NCBI GenBank assembly: GCA_041687695.1
Contig: JAWLBL010000015.1
Coordinates: 99,627-163,626 of the forward strand
DNA: 64,000 nt
Origin: Myxococcota bacterium
GTDB lineage: Bacteria > Myxococcota_A > UBA9042 > PHBI01 > JAWLBL01
Reading direction: 5' to 3'
Below, piece after piece: positions 1 through 11,385 of this stretch. The notes under the pieces were generated by a model. That model did no database searches, was not told where the DNA came from, and saw nothing but the letters and a program-made list of their open reading frames with translations. How positions within the stretch are numbered: the first letter of the stretch is position 1; the number at the start of each line of letters is the position of its first letter. The position numbers were made by a program, and so were the translations under genes.

Positions 1-1393
<1,393 letters not shown>

Positions 1394-1394
<1 letters not shown>

Positions 1395-1984
1395 CACTTC
1401 CCTCCGAGAGCGTCGGCGACGCGGCGTTCGAGATCCGCCACTTCGGGGCACAGGCGCTTGACCCGCTTGTAGTTGGCGGCGGCCTCACGCCCCAGGGGCT
1501 CCCGGCCTCCACCGGCTGCCGCCGAGAGTCCGCGCTTTTGGGCATAGGGCCTGAAGTACGTTTCCTTGGGGTCCCGATGGCCACGCACCTTGGCCCAGGC
1601 CCAATCCTTAGGCAGGTCCTTCATAGCAGCCAAGAGCCACACTTCGACTTCTTGCCAAGCGTGCTCTGCGAGAAGGACCTTCCCAGCAGTTCCGAGGACG
1701 GCCTGCGCCTGTGCTTCGATGCTATGGAGCCTGGCTTTTCGGGTGGGCTCGCCGTCCCGATCCACCAGAATGAGAAAGAGCCGGGTCATGGGCCGCCAAG
1801 CGTCCAAGATGGAGCTGACAGTCGCCCAATCCAGCGCCTGATCCACCCCCTGGAGAAAGGGCTCCTGGCAGACCCGAACGCGCGCCTTGTAGCCCAGCTC
1901 GGTCATCATCCTGGTGATGAGCGGCTTGAGCATCGCCTCATCTCCTCGGCTACTCTCTGGGATGATGGTCACTCCGAGGGCCAC
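1394..1984 (-). CDS. Small TOPRIM-like protein (DUF4276/RloB-like), partner of the adjacent ABC ATPase
   Basis: 196 aa; N-terminal strand ending in Glu (VTIIPE), DxD motif (ILVDRDG), ExExW motif (QEVEVWLLA); overlaps the 3' end of the ATPase gene. Confidence 0.65.
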
Positions 1985-3351
1985 GGCGATCCCTCCTCTT
2001 CATCGGGTTCCGACAGAGCCGCCGCGTCTTCGAGCCATCCCGAGGCCAGGAGGCGGCCCAGGTCGCGCGTCTGCAGGAGCCGCGCAATCTCAGGGAGGTC
2101 CGCGATGCGGCGGATGCGCGAGTGCGAGTCGTCTTCGGTCCGATAGACGAGCAATGCGTCACTGAGCACCTCGGATGAGACGTAGGTGAGCAGGGCCGGG
2201 TTGTGTGTGGTCGCGACCACCTGGAGATTGTGCTCCTCGCTGGCGCTCTGGATGAGGTCGAGCAGCAAGTGTAGCCGTGTCGGGTGAATCCCGGTGTCCA
2301 ACTCCTCGATGTAGATGAGCTCGTCCTTAGCCGTCAGCAGCGCCGACAGCAGGGCCAGAAAGCGCAGGGTTCCGTCACTGGCGCTGTAGGCCGACACGGT
2401 CTCGCCGGACGACTCGACGAGGTGCAGCAGAACCCGGCCCGAGAAGTCGTGCTCGAAGGTCAGGTCGATGGCGTCCATCGGCGTCAACACGCGAATCCAG
2501 CTGAGGACGATCTCCTTTCGGGCAGGTTCCCGGCATAGATTCATGAGCACGCTGGACAGATGCTCGCCTCGATCGCCGAGGACGGTCGTTCCGGGCGGTG
2601 ATGGTTCCCGCGCTGCGCGTGGCTCGATGTCGAAGAAGCGCATATGAGCGAGATGGTGACCCACCGTCCACGATACAGCCGTGGAATGCGGGAAGCGTCG
2701 CGAGCGACGGGTCATCAATTGCGTCAGGGCTGGTTTGCTCGACGCCAAGCGTGTTCGCCGCCTGTCCCACTCGCCGTGCCCTTCGAGGCGATGTTGAACG
2801 GCGACTTCGTGGCGTCCCCGCGTCTTGACGCTGTTGTTGTCGGGATGCGTCGACCAGATGGCTTTGGGCTCACCGGCTTTGCCGATCAAGCGGCCAGGCG
2901 GAAGGCTGTCGCCCTCGGGAAGGTCGAGTTGGGCTTCGATAACCGCTTCACGGACGACCCGAGGACCGAAGTCGTCGTCGCTGACGTCGACCTGCAATCG
3001 ATAAACGAGCGTACGGTCCACCGCAACCAGGACATCGCAAGCTACCATGAACTCGTGTTCACCATGGGTCACGACCTCATGGGCGCCCCCCCGGATGCCG
3101 GGCCACATGGGGATACCCCCGGGCCCAAACTTGCCTCCCAGGATCTCGGGCATGCTGAAGCCCAGGCCAACCCCGTGCAGCAAGCGCAGCGCATCACCCA
3201 GATTGCTCTTGCCCGAAGCGTTGGCGCCCAGGACCAGGGTCAGGGGCCCAAACTCCGCGACGGCGCCGCTCGGCGCCCCGAAGCTCTTGAAGTTCCACAG
3301 TTGTAGGCCACTCAGCACGACGTCCCCCGGCCGACCTGAATCCGAAGACAC
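1969..3351 (-). CDS. ABC-type (AAA_21/AAA_15-like) ATPase
   Basis: NFKSF N-terminus, Walker A GANASGKS, signature SDGTLRFL, Walker B/D-loop IYIEELDTGIHP, H-loop VATTHNP; GTG start directly abuts the brxC TGA. Confidence 0.88.
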   Translation of the reverse strand: MSSDSGRPGDVVLSGLQLWNFKSFGAPSGAVAEFGPLTLVLGANASGKSNLGDALRLLHGVGLGFSMPEILGGKFGPGGIPMWPGIRGGAHEVVTHGEHEFMVACDVLVAVDRTLVYRLQVDVSDDDFGPRVVREAVIEAQLDLPEGDSLPPGRLIGKAGEPKAIWSTHPDNNSVKTRGRHEVAVQHRLEGHGEWDRRRTRLASSKPALTQLMTRRSRRFPHSTAVSWTVGHHLAHMRFFDIEPRAAREPSPPGTTVLGDRGEHLSSVLMNLCREPARKEIVLSWIRVLTPMDAIDLTFEHDFSGRVLLHLVESSGETVSAYSASDGTLRFLALLSALLTAKDELIYIEELDTGIHPTRLHLLLDLIQSASEEHNLQVVATTHNPALLTYVSSEVLSDALLVYRTEDDSHSRIRRIADLPEIARLLQTRDLGRLLASGWLEDAAALSEPDEEEGSPWPSE

Positions 3352-6300
3352 TCACCCCAGCAGGCGCACCCGAACGTTGCTGCCGGCCTTCAGCTGAGCC
3401 AGCAGCTTGTTCCTGATCTCGTCGACCAGCTGGTCGACCTCTTCCGGGCTGTTCACTTCGCGGTCCCGCAGCTTCAGGTTCACCTTGCGGACGACCACCT
3501 TGACGAAGTCGTCCAGCTTGTCGTGAGCCTCGTCGACCGCCCGGCGCAGCGTCTCGGGGAAGGTGTCGCGCAAGACGGCCAGCGAGGGAGCGATCGCGTC
3601 CGCCGAGGTGTCCGACACGGCCAGAACCAGGGGCCGCGTCACCTGATGGGCCTGGTCATTGGTCAGGGTGACGAAGCCCTCGCGCTGCTTCACCCGTTGC
3701 CGGGCGGACTCGGCCGCTTCCTCTTGCCAGCCCAGGATGCGTCGGCGTTCGGCGGCATAGGCCGCGGTCAGCGCGTCCAGATCGGGCGTCAAGCTGTCGG
3801 CGTCACGCCACGGCCGCTCGGCCGCCAAGTGGGAGTCGATGCGGTCGGCCGCGGCTTGCAATTCGGCGGGCAGCGCGCCCACCGCGCGAAGCTGCGTCAG
3901 CTGGTGGTCGCGCACCAGCCCGGCCCGGCGCAGCACGGCTATCGCCTCGTCGGTCAGGTCACCTTCGATGCGACCCAACAGGTCCAGCCCGTCGGTCAGC
4001 CTCTGCAGGTGCTTGGCGACGTGCTCGACGGTGGGGCGGGTCTGCCGGCTCTTGCCGACCGCCTCCTCCAGGACGCGGTACAGCTCGGCGAGCCTCGGCT
4101 CGGTTGGGCCGCCGGGCAGGCGCAGCATCTTGTCCTGGACCGCGCGCACCCGGCGGGCCGCTTCGGGGAAGTGTTGGGCGACCGCGTCGGCGATGGCGCC
4201 GTCCTCGCGCTCGAAGCGGCCACCGAAGGTCTTGCCGAACAGGTGGGCGATCTGCGCCCGCACCTGGAACGGCACGTCCTGCTCGCCGGCCGGGTTGAAG
4301 CTGGCCCGCCGAAAGGTGCGGTCCTTGTCGAACAGCTCTTGCACGCCAGCGTCGCGGACGTTGGTGATGACCACCCCGCCGTCCAGCTCGATCTTGACCT
4401 TGCCTCCGCGTAGCAACCCCGCCACGCAGGCCTTTACCAGGTCGGGCGAGAAGCCGTAGGGCGGCCCCCCGAACCAGGCCAGCAGGCTGGTCCCGGTGAC
4501 GCCCTTCTGGCCCTCGATGTAGCGCAGGACGCGGCTGGGGATCGGGCCGGCGCACGACGCGACCCAGCCGCCCGAGTCGCTCTCGCGCTCGAGGATGCCC
4601 AGCTCGGCCGGCAGGAACTTCACCGACGGGCCGGTCAGCCCCTTGTCGGTCAGCAGCTGCGCGATCTCGGCCGGGGTGACGGTGGTCATCACGAACTGCG
4701 GGTACAGCTCGGGCAGGATGCGGGTGGCGACCCCGGTCAGAGAGGGGCCGAAGGCGCCGCCGAAGTCGCGCGGCGACAGCGGGTGACCTCGGAAGTACAA
4801 GCGCCCGTAGAAGAAGCACTGGGCGACCGCCTTGTGCATCTGGGCGCCGAGATCCTCGGCCCGGCCCTTCTCCTCGATGAGCAGCTTCTGGCGGGCGACC
4901 GACATCGAGGCCCGCTTGGCCTCGTAGCGCTGCACCATCTGGCGCGAGCGGCCCAGCTCTTCGAGCAGCTCTTCGAGGGAGTCGGCTTCGCCCGAGACCC
5001 AGACCAGGCGTTCATTCAGCTCGGTCTCGGCGCTGCGTTTGACCCAGACGTCCTGCTCGCGCGGTCCATTGGGGAGGTAGCGGAAGTCCACCCGGACCGG
5101 GGCCTGCTCCTTGGGGCCTGGCAGCGTCTCGTCGCGATAGCGCATGCCGCCGTCCGAGAACACGCCCGCCCAGGGGAAGCCCCGCTGCTGCAAGCGGCCG
5201 CGCTCGACGCTGCCGAGCAGCTCGCCCAGCGCGAGGGCGACCATCTCGCTGCGCTGTTCGCTGCTGACCATCAGCTCGCGCCGCTCGCGCTCCCACTCCT
5301 CGCCGGCCGAGGACTGCACCTTGTAGCCGTGCTTTTCCGAGTAGCCCAGCAGGGTCTTGCGCCGCAGCGTCTCGAGCGCCTCCTCGACCCGGGCCTCGAG
5401 CCCGTCGGCGTCGAGCCGGTCGTACAGGCATTCGGCCACGAGGCGGGCGGTGGTGGGCACGGTGTCCTGGATGAGCTCGAGCAGGGCCACGACCTTGGCG
5501 ACCCGCTGGTAGAGTGGGTCCTCGCCGACCACCTGCGCCGCGATGCGGCCCAGGCTGTCCTGCACGTCCTTGTCCAGGGCGGTGCGTTGCACCTCGTAGA
5601 CGTCCTCCAGGGTGACCAGGGCGCCCACGGGTCGCTCGGCGAAGCCACGCTCTCGGAACAGCTCGCCCAACAGCTGCAAGAGGCCGCGGATGGCCTGGTC
5701 GTCGCCCTGTGCTCGGGCCGAGCGCGTGCGCAGCGCGGTCGTGATCTGAAGGAAGAGGTCCACCTGTGAGGGGAGCAGAGGGTAGGTCTCGACCAGCTCC
5801 TCGATGGTGGCGTTCTGGCAGCCGTAGGCGAACAGGGTCAGGTTCGAGCGATGGCGTTCGATGAGCTCGCGGAGGGCGGGCTCTCTGTCGCGGTGCTTTT
5901 CCAGAAGGCGTCGGTGGACCACGTCGCGGATGTTGGACGAGTCCAGGTGGACCCGCAGGCGCGGAGGGAAGCGGTCCTGGGCCCAGCTCAAGAAGCGGTC
6001 GCCCGCCTCTTGCTCGAGCTTCTGCTGACCCAAGGCCAGCAGCCAGACCCGGCCGCGAAGCCCGGTCCCCAACTCCGAGGCGAACGCGCGGAGCCGATCG
6101 ACCCGCTCCTCCTTGCCCAGGACGTACTGGGAGACCTCGTCGACCACCACGAACAGGGTGGCCTCGGGGGCGCGGTGCTCGAGCATGGAGCGCAGGGCGT
6201 CGACCGCCTCGCGAGGGGAGAGGTCCCGGTTGTGGGTGCCGCCGCGGGTAGCGAGCCAGGCGAACGGGTCGGGATAGAGCTTGGGGAACAGCTTGGACAG

Positions 6301-6996
6301 CACCATCGAGAACTGGTCTTCCGCGAACTCCTCGAGGGCTACCTCGGCCCAGGGCCGGCCCAGCTCGTGTTGGGCGGTCTGGAGGAACTGGGGCCAGTGA
6401 CCGTCCCGTTCGAGACGCAGCTCGAAGTCGGCCACCAGGGCGCTGGTCGGGCAGTAACCCAGGCGCATCTGCACCTGACGAACGATGGCGGCGTGGATGT
6501 GCTCGCCGTCACGGGCGCTGCCGCCTACGTCGAAGACCACCGCCTTGGGTTCGATCTTCTGGCGCAAACGCTTCCAGGCTTCGTGGAGCTGGTGGCTGAG
6601 CGGGGAGCGGTCGCGCTCGAGCCAGGCCTCGGCCAATGAGCGGCCGTCCGGGAGCGCGACCCCGTCCAGCGCCAGGCCCAGCAGCTTGGCGAAGCTGGAC
6701 TTGCCCGAGCCGTAAAAGCCCGAGATCCAGACGGTCGGTAGCTCGGGGCCTCCGGGGCGTTCCAACTCAGCGGCCATCGCTTGGAGTAGGCCCACATAGT
6801 GTTCATGGAGGCCGCGAGGCACGCGTCGGTAGGCCGGGGTACCGGGCTTGTGACCGCCGGTGATGATGTATTCGCGGACCTCGCCGTCGAGCTGGGCGGG
6901 TGTCTGCTCGTGGAAGTAGACGACCGGAGGGATGTCCCGGCTGACGTCCGAGGCGAAGAGGTCGCGGACCTTCATCGAGCCGATGGGGAGGGGCAT
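3352..6996 (-). CDS. brxC: BREX P-loop ATPase BrxC
   Basis: About 1214 aa from ATG 6996; RDIPPVVYFHEQ...EVREYIITGG, Walker A WISGFYGSGKS, Walker B VVVDEVSQY, YPLLP; operon position. Confidence 0.9.
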   Translation of the reverse strand: MPLPIGSMKVRDLFASDVSRDIPPVVYFHEQTPAQLDGEVREYIITGGHKPGTPAYRRVPRGLHEHYVGLLQAMAAELERPGGPELPTVWISGFYGSGKSSFAKLLGLALDGVALPDGRSLAEAWLERDRSPLSHQLHEAWKRLRQKIEPKAVVFDVGGSARDGEHIHAAIVRQVQMRLGYCPTSALVADFELRLERDGHWPQFLQTAQHELGRPWAEVALEEFAEDQFSMVLSKLFPKLYPDPFAWLATRGGTHNRDLSPREAVDALRSMLEHRAPEATLFVVVDEVSQYVLGKEERVDRLRAFASELGTGLRGRVWLLALGQQKLEQEAGDRFLSWAQDRFPPRLRVHLDSSNIRDVVHRRLLEKHRDREPALRELIERHRSNLTLFAYGCQNATIEELVETYPLLPSQVDLFLQITTALRTRSARAQGDDQAIRGLLQLLGELFRERGFAERPVGALVTLEDVYEVQRTALDKDVQDSLGRIAAQVVGEDPLYQRVAKVVALLELIQDTVPTTARLVAECLYDRLDADGLEARVEEALETLRRKTLLGYSEKHGYKVQSSAGEEWERERRELMVSSEQRSEMVALALGELLGSVERGRLQQRGFPWAGVFSDGGMRYRDETLPGPKEQAPVRVDFRYLPNGPREQDVWVKRSAETELNERLVWVSGEADSLEELLEELGRSRQMVQRYEAKRASMSVARQKLLIEEKGRAEDLGAQMHKAVAQCFFYGRLYFRGHPLSPRDFGGAFGPSLTGVATRILPELYPQFVMTTVTPAEIAQLLTDKGLTGPSVKFLPAELGILERESDSGGWVASCAGPIPSRVLRYIEGQKGVTGTSLLAWFGGPPYGFSPDLVKACVAGLLRGGKVKIELDGGVVITNVRDAGVQELFDKDRTFRRASFNPAGEQDVPFQVRAQIAHLFGKTFGGRFEREDGAIADAVAQHFPEAARRVRAVQDKMLRLPGGPTEPRLAELYRVLEEAVGKSRQTRPTVEHVAKHLQRLTDGLDLLGRIEGDLTDEAIAVLRRAGLVRDHQLTQLRAVGALPAELQAAADRIDSHLAAERPWRDADSLTPDLDALTAAYAAERRRILGWQEEAAESARQRVKQREGFVTLTNDQAHQVTRPLVLAVSDTSADAIAPSLAVLRDTFPETLRRAVDEAHDKLDDFVKVVVRKVNLKLRDREVNSPEEVDQLVDEIRNKLLAQLKAGSNVRVRLLG

Positions 6997-7012
6997 GGCG
7001 GGGCTCCCAGAA

Positions 7013-7684
7013 TCAATAGATGCGCGGCCGGTAGTCGTGGTCGGCTGGCAGGACGCCCATGAAGCGCAGGCCTGTCTGGCCTTCGCGGGTGCCCGGGTAG
7101 AGGAGCACCACCGGGACGTTGCCGGTCTTGCCATCGAGCTGCCGCAGCAAGGCGGACGACCGGAAGAAGGGGTAGACCGCGCCGGCGCGCCCGATGAGTG
7201 CGAGCGTGGTGTCTCGTCGATCGGGGTGCCGGGCGAGCTGCGCCTGAATGAGGTCGGCGCAGTCCTTGGCCAAGCCGCCCATGGGTTGGGACCGGTTGGG
7301 GGCGCTGGGACCCTCGATGACCGGGTCGAGCTTGCTCTTCAGGTGCTCGAGTCCGCGCCCCGGGTCATAGCGGCTGGTCATGCGCTCCCCCTCGATGACC
7401 TTCCGGGCAAAGTCCGGGCCCCTGGCGCGAATGCGGTCGAGCAACAGGCGGCCCAGGTCGATGGTGATGACCGACCAGCCGTGGGCGATGAGCTGCTGAG
7501 TCAGCCGCTGGGCCTCTCCCCGGACCTCTAGCTCGTCCGCCGGGCGGTATTGCAGGATGGCGAAGCGGTAGTTCCGCATCGTGCTGATGCTGGGGCCGTT
7601 GGGACCGAGCAGGTCGTTGGCCAGCCCGTGGAAGCTTTGACGTACTGGGGTCTCGGCGAGACCCGGCAGGGGCAGCGTCGTCAC
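7013..7684 (-). CDS. brxB: BREX protein BrxB (DUF1788-like)
   Basis: GTG 7684 overlaps the brxA stop (GTGA); FAILQYRPADE, GAVYPFFRSSALL, VPVVLLYPG...LRFMG...DYRPRIY. Confidence 0.85.
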   Translation of the reverse strand: MTTLPLPGLAETPVRQSFHGLANDLLGPNGPSISTMRNYRFAILQYRPADELEVRGEAQRLTQQLIAHGWSVITIDLGRLLLDRIRARGPDFARKVIEGERMTSRYDPGRGLEHLKSKLDPVIEGPSAPNRSQPMGGLAKDCADLIQAQLARHPDRRDTTLALIGRAGAVYPFFRSSALLRQLDGKTGNVPVVLLYPGTREGQTGLRFMGVLPADHDYRPRIY

Positions 7685-8490
7685 GGATGGGCTCCCTGCT
7701 CGGAACGCGACAGGGTCTCCGTGGCCCACGAGGACAGGTCGGGATGGCGCAGGTTCAGCTCGACCAGCTCGCCCTGTCGACGGAAGGTCAGGGCGCCCTG
7801 TTGGGCCTGGACGCGAAGGGCGGCTTCCAGATCCGGCCCCGCCAGGCCGACCGAGGCCAGGTAGGGGTTGTCGACCAGGGTCCCGGCGATGCGGGTCTGG
7901 TGCAGCAGGTAAAGCACGTACAGCAGCGCCTCGTCCGGTACGCGCGGCCGCGTGAGCGGGCGCGGATCCCGGGTAGTGGCGACCAGGCCCGTGGCGTAGG
8001 CGGCCGACAGGAGCTTACTGGCGAACTGATTGCGGGTGGCGGCGGTCCAGCGGGCGGCACCTTGCTCGCGAACCCAGGCGGCGGCGATGTCGCGGGTGAT
8101 GGGGCGACCTTCGGTCAGGCGGCTGGGCAGGTAGTCGCCGGTGAACGCGCGGTAGAGCGGATCCGAGAGCTGCAGGTGCCAGTGACAGATGAGGCGCCGG
8201 GTGGCCGGCTGCATGAGGTGGGCCGGCCAGCGGGCCAGGACGGCCAGCGCGGCGGGGAACGCGTCGAAGCGGGCGCGCAGGTTCTGCAGCAGGATCTCGA
8301 CGCGCGGCAGGCTGCGAGGGCCGAAGACGAAGTTCTCGAAGACCTCGGTGGCGCTTGGGGAGCGGCCGTGTTGGCCGACGAAGGTCCAATAGGCGCGGGC
8401 GTGCTCGAGTTCGAGGGCTGCCTTCAACAGGCGCGTGTGAAGCGCGGTCTCTTCCGCCGGCACCGCGGCGGTGGGCTGAGCGAGGGTCAT
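7681..8490 (-). CDS. brxA: BREX protein BrxA (DUF1819-like)
   Basis: HTRLLKAAL...ICHWHLQLSDPLYRAF...WTAATRNQFASKLLS; ATGA-coupled to brxE; order E-A-B-C. Confidence 0.82.
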   Translation of the reverse strand: MTLAQPTAAVPAEETALHTRLLKAALELEHARAYWTFVGQHGRSPSATEVFENFVFGPRSLPRVEILLQNLRARFDAFPAALAVLARWPAHLMQPATRRLICHWHLQLSDPLYRAFTGDYLPSRLTEGRPITRDIAAAWVREQGAARWTAATRNQFASKLLSAAYATGLVATTRDPRPLTRPRVPDEALLYVLYLLHQTRIAGTLVDNPYLASVGLAGPDLEAALRVQAQQGALTFRRQGELVELNLRHPDLSSWATETLSRSEQGAHP

Positions 8491-9092
8491 CGGGCGATCC
8501 GATAGAAGGGCAGCGGATAGTCAGCCGCGAGCGGAACGAGGGCGGCGGCGAGGCGCGCGGCAGCGACGTCCAGAGCCGGCGGGATGGAACCTGTGAGTCG
8601 CCGGCCGACCGGCTCGGTGGTGGTGTCGGGGCGGCCCTGCTCGCGGGCCCAGGACATGAAGGCATCCGCGTCCCATGCGGCGTCCCATGAGTCGCCGGTG
8701 CCGAGGACGCGGGCCAGGCCGGGGAGAGCAACGTGGGGGGCGCGGCCGGAGGCCTTCAGTAAGCGCAGGCGTTCAGTCAGGCGTTCGTCGACCGCTGGGC
8801 CGAGGTGGTAGAGGGAGACCAGCTCGTCGGGGCTGGAGGCGCGGGCGCGAGCAGCGGCGTCGATGCGGCGTGCGGCCTCTCGTGCGGCCTGCAGGGCGGC
8901 CCATGGGGCGGTACGCGGGGCCAGGTCCGACAGCAGGGCAAGTCCGCCATAGTCGGACGTCAGCAGGGTGCGCCACCAGCCGAGGCGGGGAGGCGCCTCG
9001 CCGGCCCAGGCGACGATGAGCTGGACGGTCAGGATGAAGTCCAGGGCTTGGTCGTCCGGGAGAGTCGAGGCTTGGGAAGTCGTCGAAACCAT
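8487..9092 (-). CDS. brxE: BREX type 6 protein BrxE
   Basis: Likely start ATG 9092 (the ORF extends to 9242); LDFILTVQLIVAWAGE..PRLGWWRT...AREAARRID; first gene of the brxEABC cluster. Confidence 0.82.
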   Translation of the reverse strand: MVSTTSQASTLPDDQALDFILTVQLIVAWAGEAPPRLGWWRTLLTSDYGGLALLSDLAPRTAPWAALQAAREAARRIDAAARARASSPDELVSLYHLGPAVDERLTERLRLLKASGRAPHVALPGLARVLGTGDSWDAAWDADAFMSWAREQGRPDTTTEPVGRRLTGSIPPALDVAAARLAAALVPLAADYPLPFYRIAR

Positions 9093-9266
9093 GAGCCGCC
9101 CTTGCGCCGTGGTGGCGAGTTCAGGGGCGACGGTACGCGGGACGGCGACGGGACGCAACGCGGTCCAGCAGGTTGCTCGCCGGGCGATGGCGGGTATGGG
9201 GACAGGGTAGGCCACGCAGGGGGGGGGGCGAGGCGGGGCCACGGGGAGTTAAGTGTAGCCGGGTAG

Positions 9267-9550
9267 GCCAGGCGTGTCCGTTGGGGGTGGAGGAGGGGGC
9301 TGGGGAGGGCAGGCGTGTCGGTTGGGGGTGGAGGAGGGGGGCGAGAGACGACACGCGTGTCGTCGTCGGGTGGAGAAGGGGGCCGGGGAGGGACACGCGT
9401 GTCGTTGTCGGGTGGAGAAGGGGGCCGAGGAAGGACACGCGTGTCGGTTGGGGGTGGAGAAGGGGGCTGAAAGACGACACGCGTGTCGTTCCTTGGCGGA
9501 GAAGGGGGCCGAGGAACGACACGCGTGTCGTTGCAGGGTGGAAAAGGGGG
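9267..9550. repeat. 42-bp tandem array with palindromic core GACACGCGTGTC
   Basis: Perfect 12-bp palindrome at 9350, 9392, 9434, 9476 and 9518 (exact 42-bp spacing) plus two degenerate units at about 9267 and 9308; second conserved box GG(T/C)GGA(G/A)(A/G)AGGGGG in each unit. Confidence 0.95.
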
Positions 9551-9565
9551 TACGCCTGTTCAGGG

Positions 9566-10324
9566 TCAGGCGGTCGGCTCGGGGACCGGGGCGGGCTGCT
9601 GCTTGGCGGCCGCGGCCTCGCGGGCGACCTGGGCGCGCAGGTCGTCGATGGGCCGGAGCGCCTCGCGGACGGTCGCGACCGCCTCGGGGTCATGCTCGTC
9701 CAGGCCGCCGATGAGCTTGCTGGTGTAGTAGAGGATCGCCTCGCGGAGCAGACGCATCGGCTCGGCCACCAGGACGGTCTCCTCGTCCACGGGCTCGCGC
9801 TTGCGGGAGATGCCCAGCACCTCGCCGTAGACCGCCTGGGTGGCGCGGACCTCGGTCAGGAAGTCGGCCCCGGCCAGCTCGATGAGCTCGGCTTCGAGCG
9901 CCTGCGCGTCGATGGCCTCGAGCCGGAGCTGCCCCTGGTTGTACTGCTTGTCATAGGGCAAGTTCAGAAAGCCCGTGCCGTCGGGCAGCAGGCGCTCGAG
10001 CAGCCGGGCCGCGCGCGCCGCCTTGGGATAGCGGTCGTGCGGCAGGCGGGCATAAGCGGTCAGCCGGTCGCGGAGGGCGATCCAGGACGTGTCGACCGCG
10101 ATGTCGGCCGGACGCTTGGCCGAACGCTGGGCCTCCTTGCTGGGGGGGCGCCGCACGGCGTCCAGCTCGACCTTGTGCTGGCCGATCTGCGCCAGCGCGC
10201 GGGCGATGAGCGGACCATGGTCGGGCGGGGCCGCGGCGAGCAGCGACTCGGCGAGGGAGCTGAGACGCGAGGCGTCGGCGGCGGGCAGGCTGGCGTAGGT
10301 CTTCTGATCGATGACGACGTACAT
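9566..10324 (-). CDS. Hypothetical, predicted all-helical protein (about 252 aa)
   Basis: ATG 10324 preceded by AAGGAGG; host-like codon usage; LLPDGTGFLNLPY motif reminiscent of uncharacterised myxobacterial proteins (recollection, not searched). Confidence 0.75.
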   Translation of the reverse strand: MYVVIDQKTYASLPAADASRLSSLAESLLAAAPPDHGPLIARALAQIGQHKVELDAVRRPPSKEAQRSAKRPADIAVDTSWIALRDRLTAYARLPHDRYPKAARAARLLERLLPDGTGFLNLPYDKQYNQGQLRLEAIDAQALEAELIELAGADFLTEVRATQAVYGEVLGISRKREPVDEETVLVAEPMRLLREAILYYTSKLIGGLDEHDPEAVATVREALRPIDDLRAQVAREAAAAKQQPAPVPEPTA

Positions 10325-10706
10325 GGGAGCCTCCTTGGGCGTGTGGTGGGCGTGCATGACGCGTTCGCTGGCCATGACAGCACGTCAGCGACGAAGCCTG
10401 CAACACGACCCGGGCCAAGCGAAGAGACCGGGCGGAGGCGAGCGTAGAGATTTCGGTCGGTTGGGGTCGGTTCGGGCAGATTCCTGCGGTGCGTTCGCTG
10501 GCCCTGGTTCGTGGCAATGGCGTCGTATGCGGGGATCACGGCGGGCAAGAGCGCCGGGGTGGCCGGCGCGGGGCCGGGCGGCGGCATGGGCGGCGCGGTC
10601 CTCGATGGCCCGCGGGGCAAGGTGCCGGTGTCGGCGACGTGGTCCGGAGCGTCGGCGTGGCGTCCCTGGGCGGACGGGGTAGGATGGGCGCGCGGGGAGG
10701 TGGGCG

Positions 10707-11237
10707 ATGGAGGTGTTCGGGCGGGTGGCGGGGGCCGGGGTGGCGGTTCGGGAGGCGAGGGACCAGTACCTGGGCGACAACGGGTTCGACGTGGCCGGGT
10801 ATACGGCGCCGACCTTCGAGCTCGAGGTGTTCGGCAGGCCGGTGAGGTTTCGCAACACGCGGGGGCGGCAGCGGGTGGTGCCGCTGCACGACCTGCACCA
10901 CGTAGCGACCGGGTATGGGACGGACTACGTGGGCGAGGCCGAGATCGGGGCGTGGGAGCTGAGGGGAGGGTGCCCGACGCTCATCCTGTGGGCGCTCAAC
11001 GGGGCGGCGGTGCTCATCGGGCTGTTCCTGGCGCCGCGGCGGGTCGTGAGGGCGTGGCGGCGGGCCAAGGGGCAGCGGACGCTGTATCGATCGGGGCTGG
11101 GCTACGACGAGGCGCTGGCCATGACGGTGGGCGCGCTGAGGGCGCACCTGGGGCTGGCGGCCGAGGGGCTGGTCCGTGGGCCGGTGCGGCTGCACGGCAA
11201 GGCGCCGGGGCCGCCGGAGGGCCGGGCGGCGGCGTAG
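10707..11237 (+). CDS. Coq4-like metal-binding membrane-associated protein
   Basis: LHDLHHVATGYGTDYVGEAEI (HDxxH-x11-E); GGAGG RBS; C-terminal hydrophobic segment. Confidence 0.65.
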   Translation: MEVFGRVAGAGVAVREARDQYLGDNGFDVAGYTAPTFELEVFGRPVRFRNTRGRQRVVPLHDLHHVATGYGTDYVGEAEIGAWELRGGCPTLILWALNGAAVLIGLFLAPRRVVRAWRRAKGQRTLYRSGLGYDEALAMTVGALRAHLGLAAEGLVRGPVRLHGKAPGPPEGRAAA

Positions 11238-11385
11238 TCTGGCCGGATCGGGTCAGCCCCGGGAGGGCCTTCAGCCGGGTCGGGGCTCGGTGTTCGGCGC
11301 GAGCGCCTCTTCGAGCGCAGCATCGCCACCCGCTGCATCCCAATCGCGGACCGCTGCGACCTGCTGTGTGAGGGGGGCCGGCGAG

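Noticed and set aside
9267..9550. CRISPR array interpretation of the 42-bp repeat
   Set aside because: Variable segments are only 6-7 nt and related to each other; no cas genes in the window
9121..9693. ORFs through the array giving 14-aa repeats (LLHPTTTRVSFLGP or GWRRGPRKDTRVVV)
   Set aside because: Both overlap neighbouring genes and lack an RBS; openness follows from a period divisible by 3; not fully excluded
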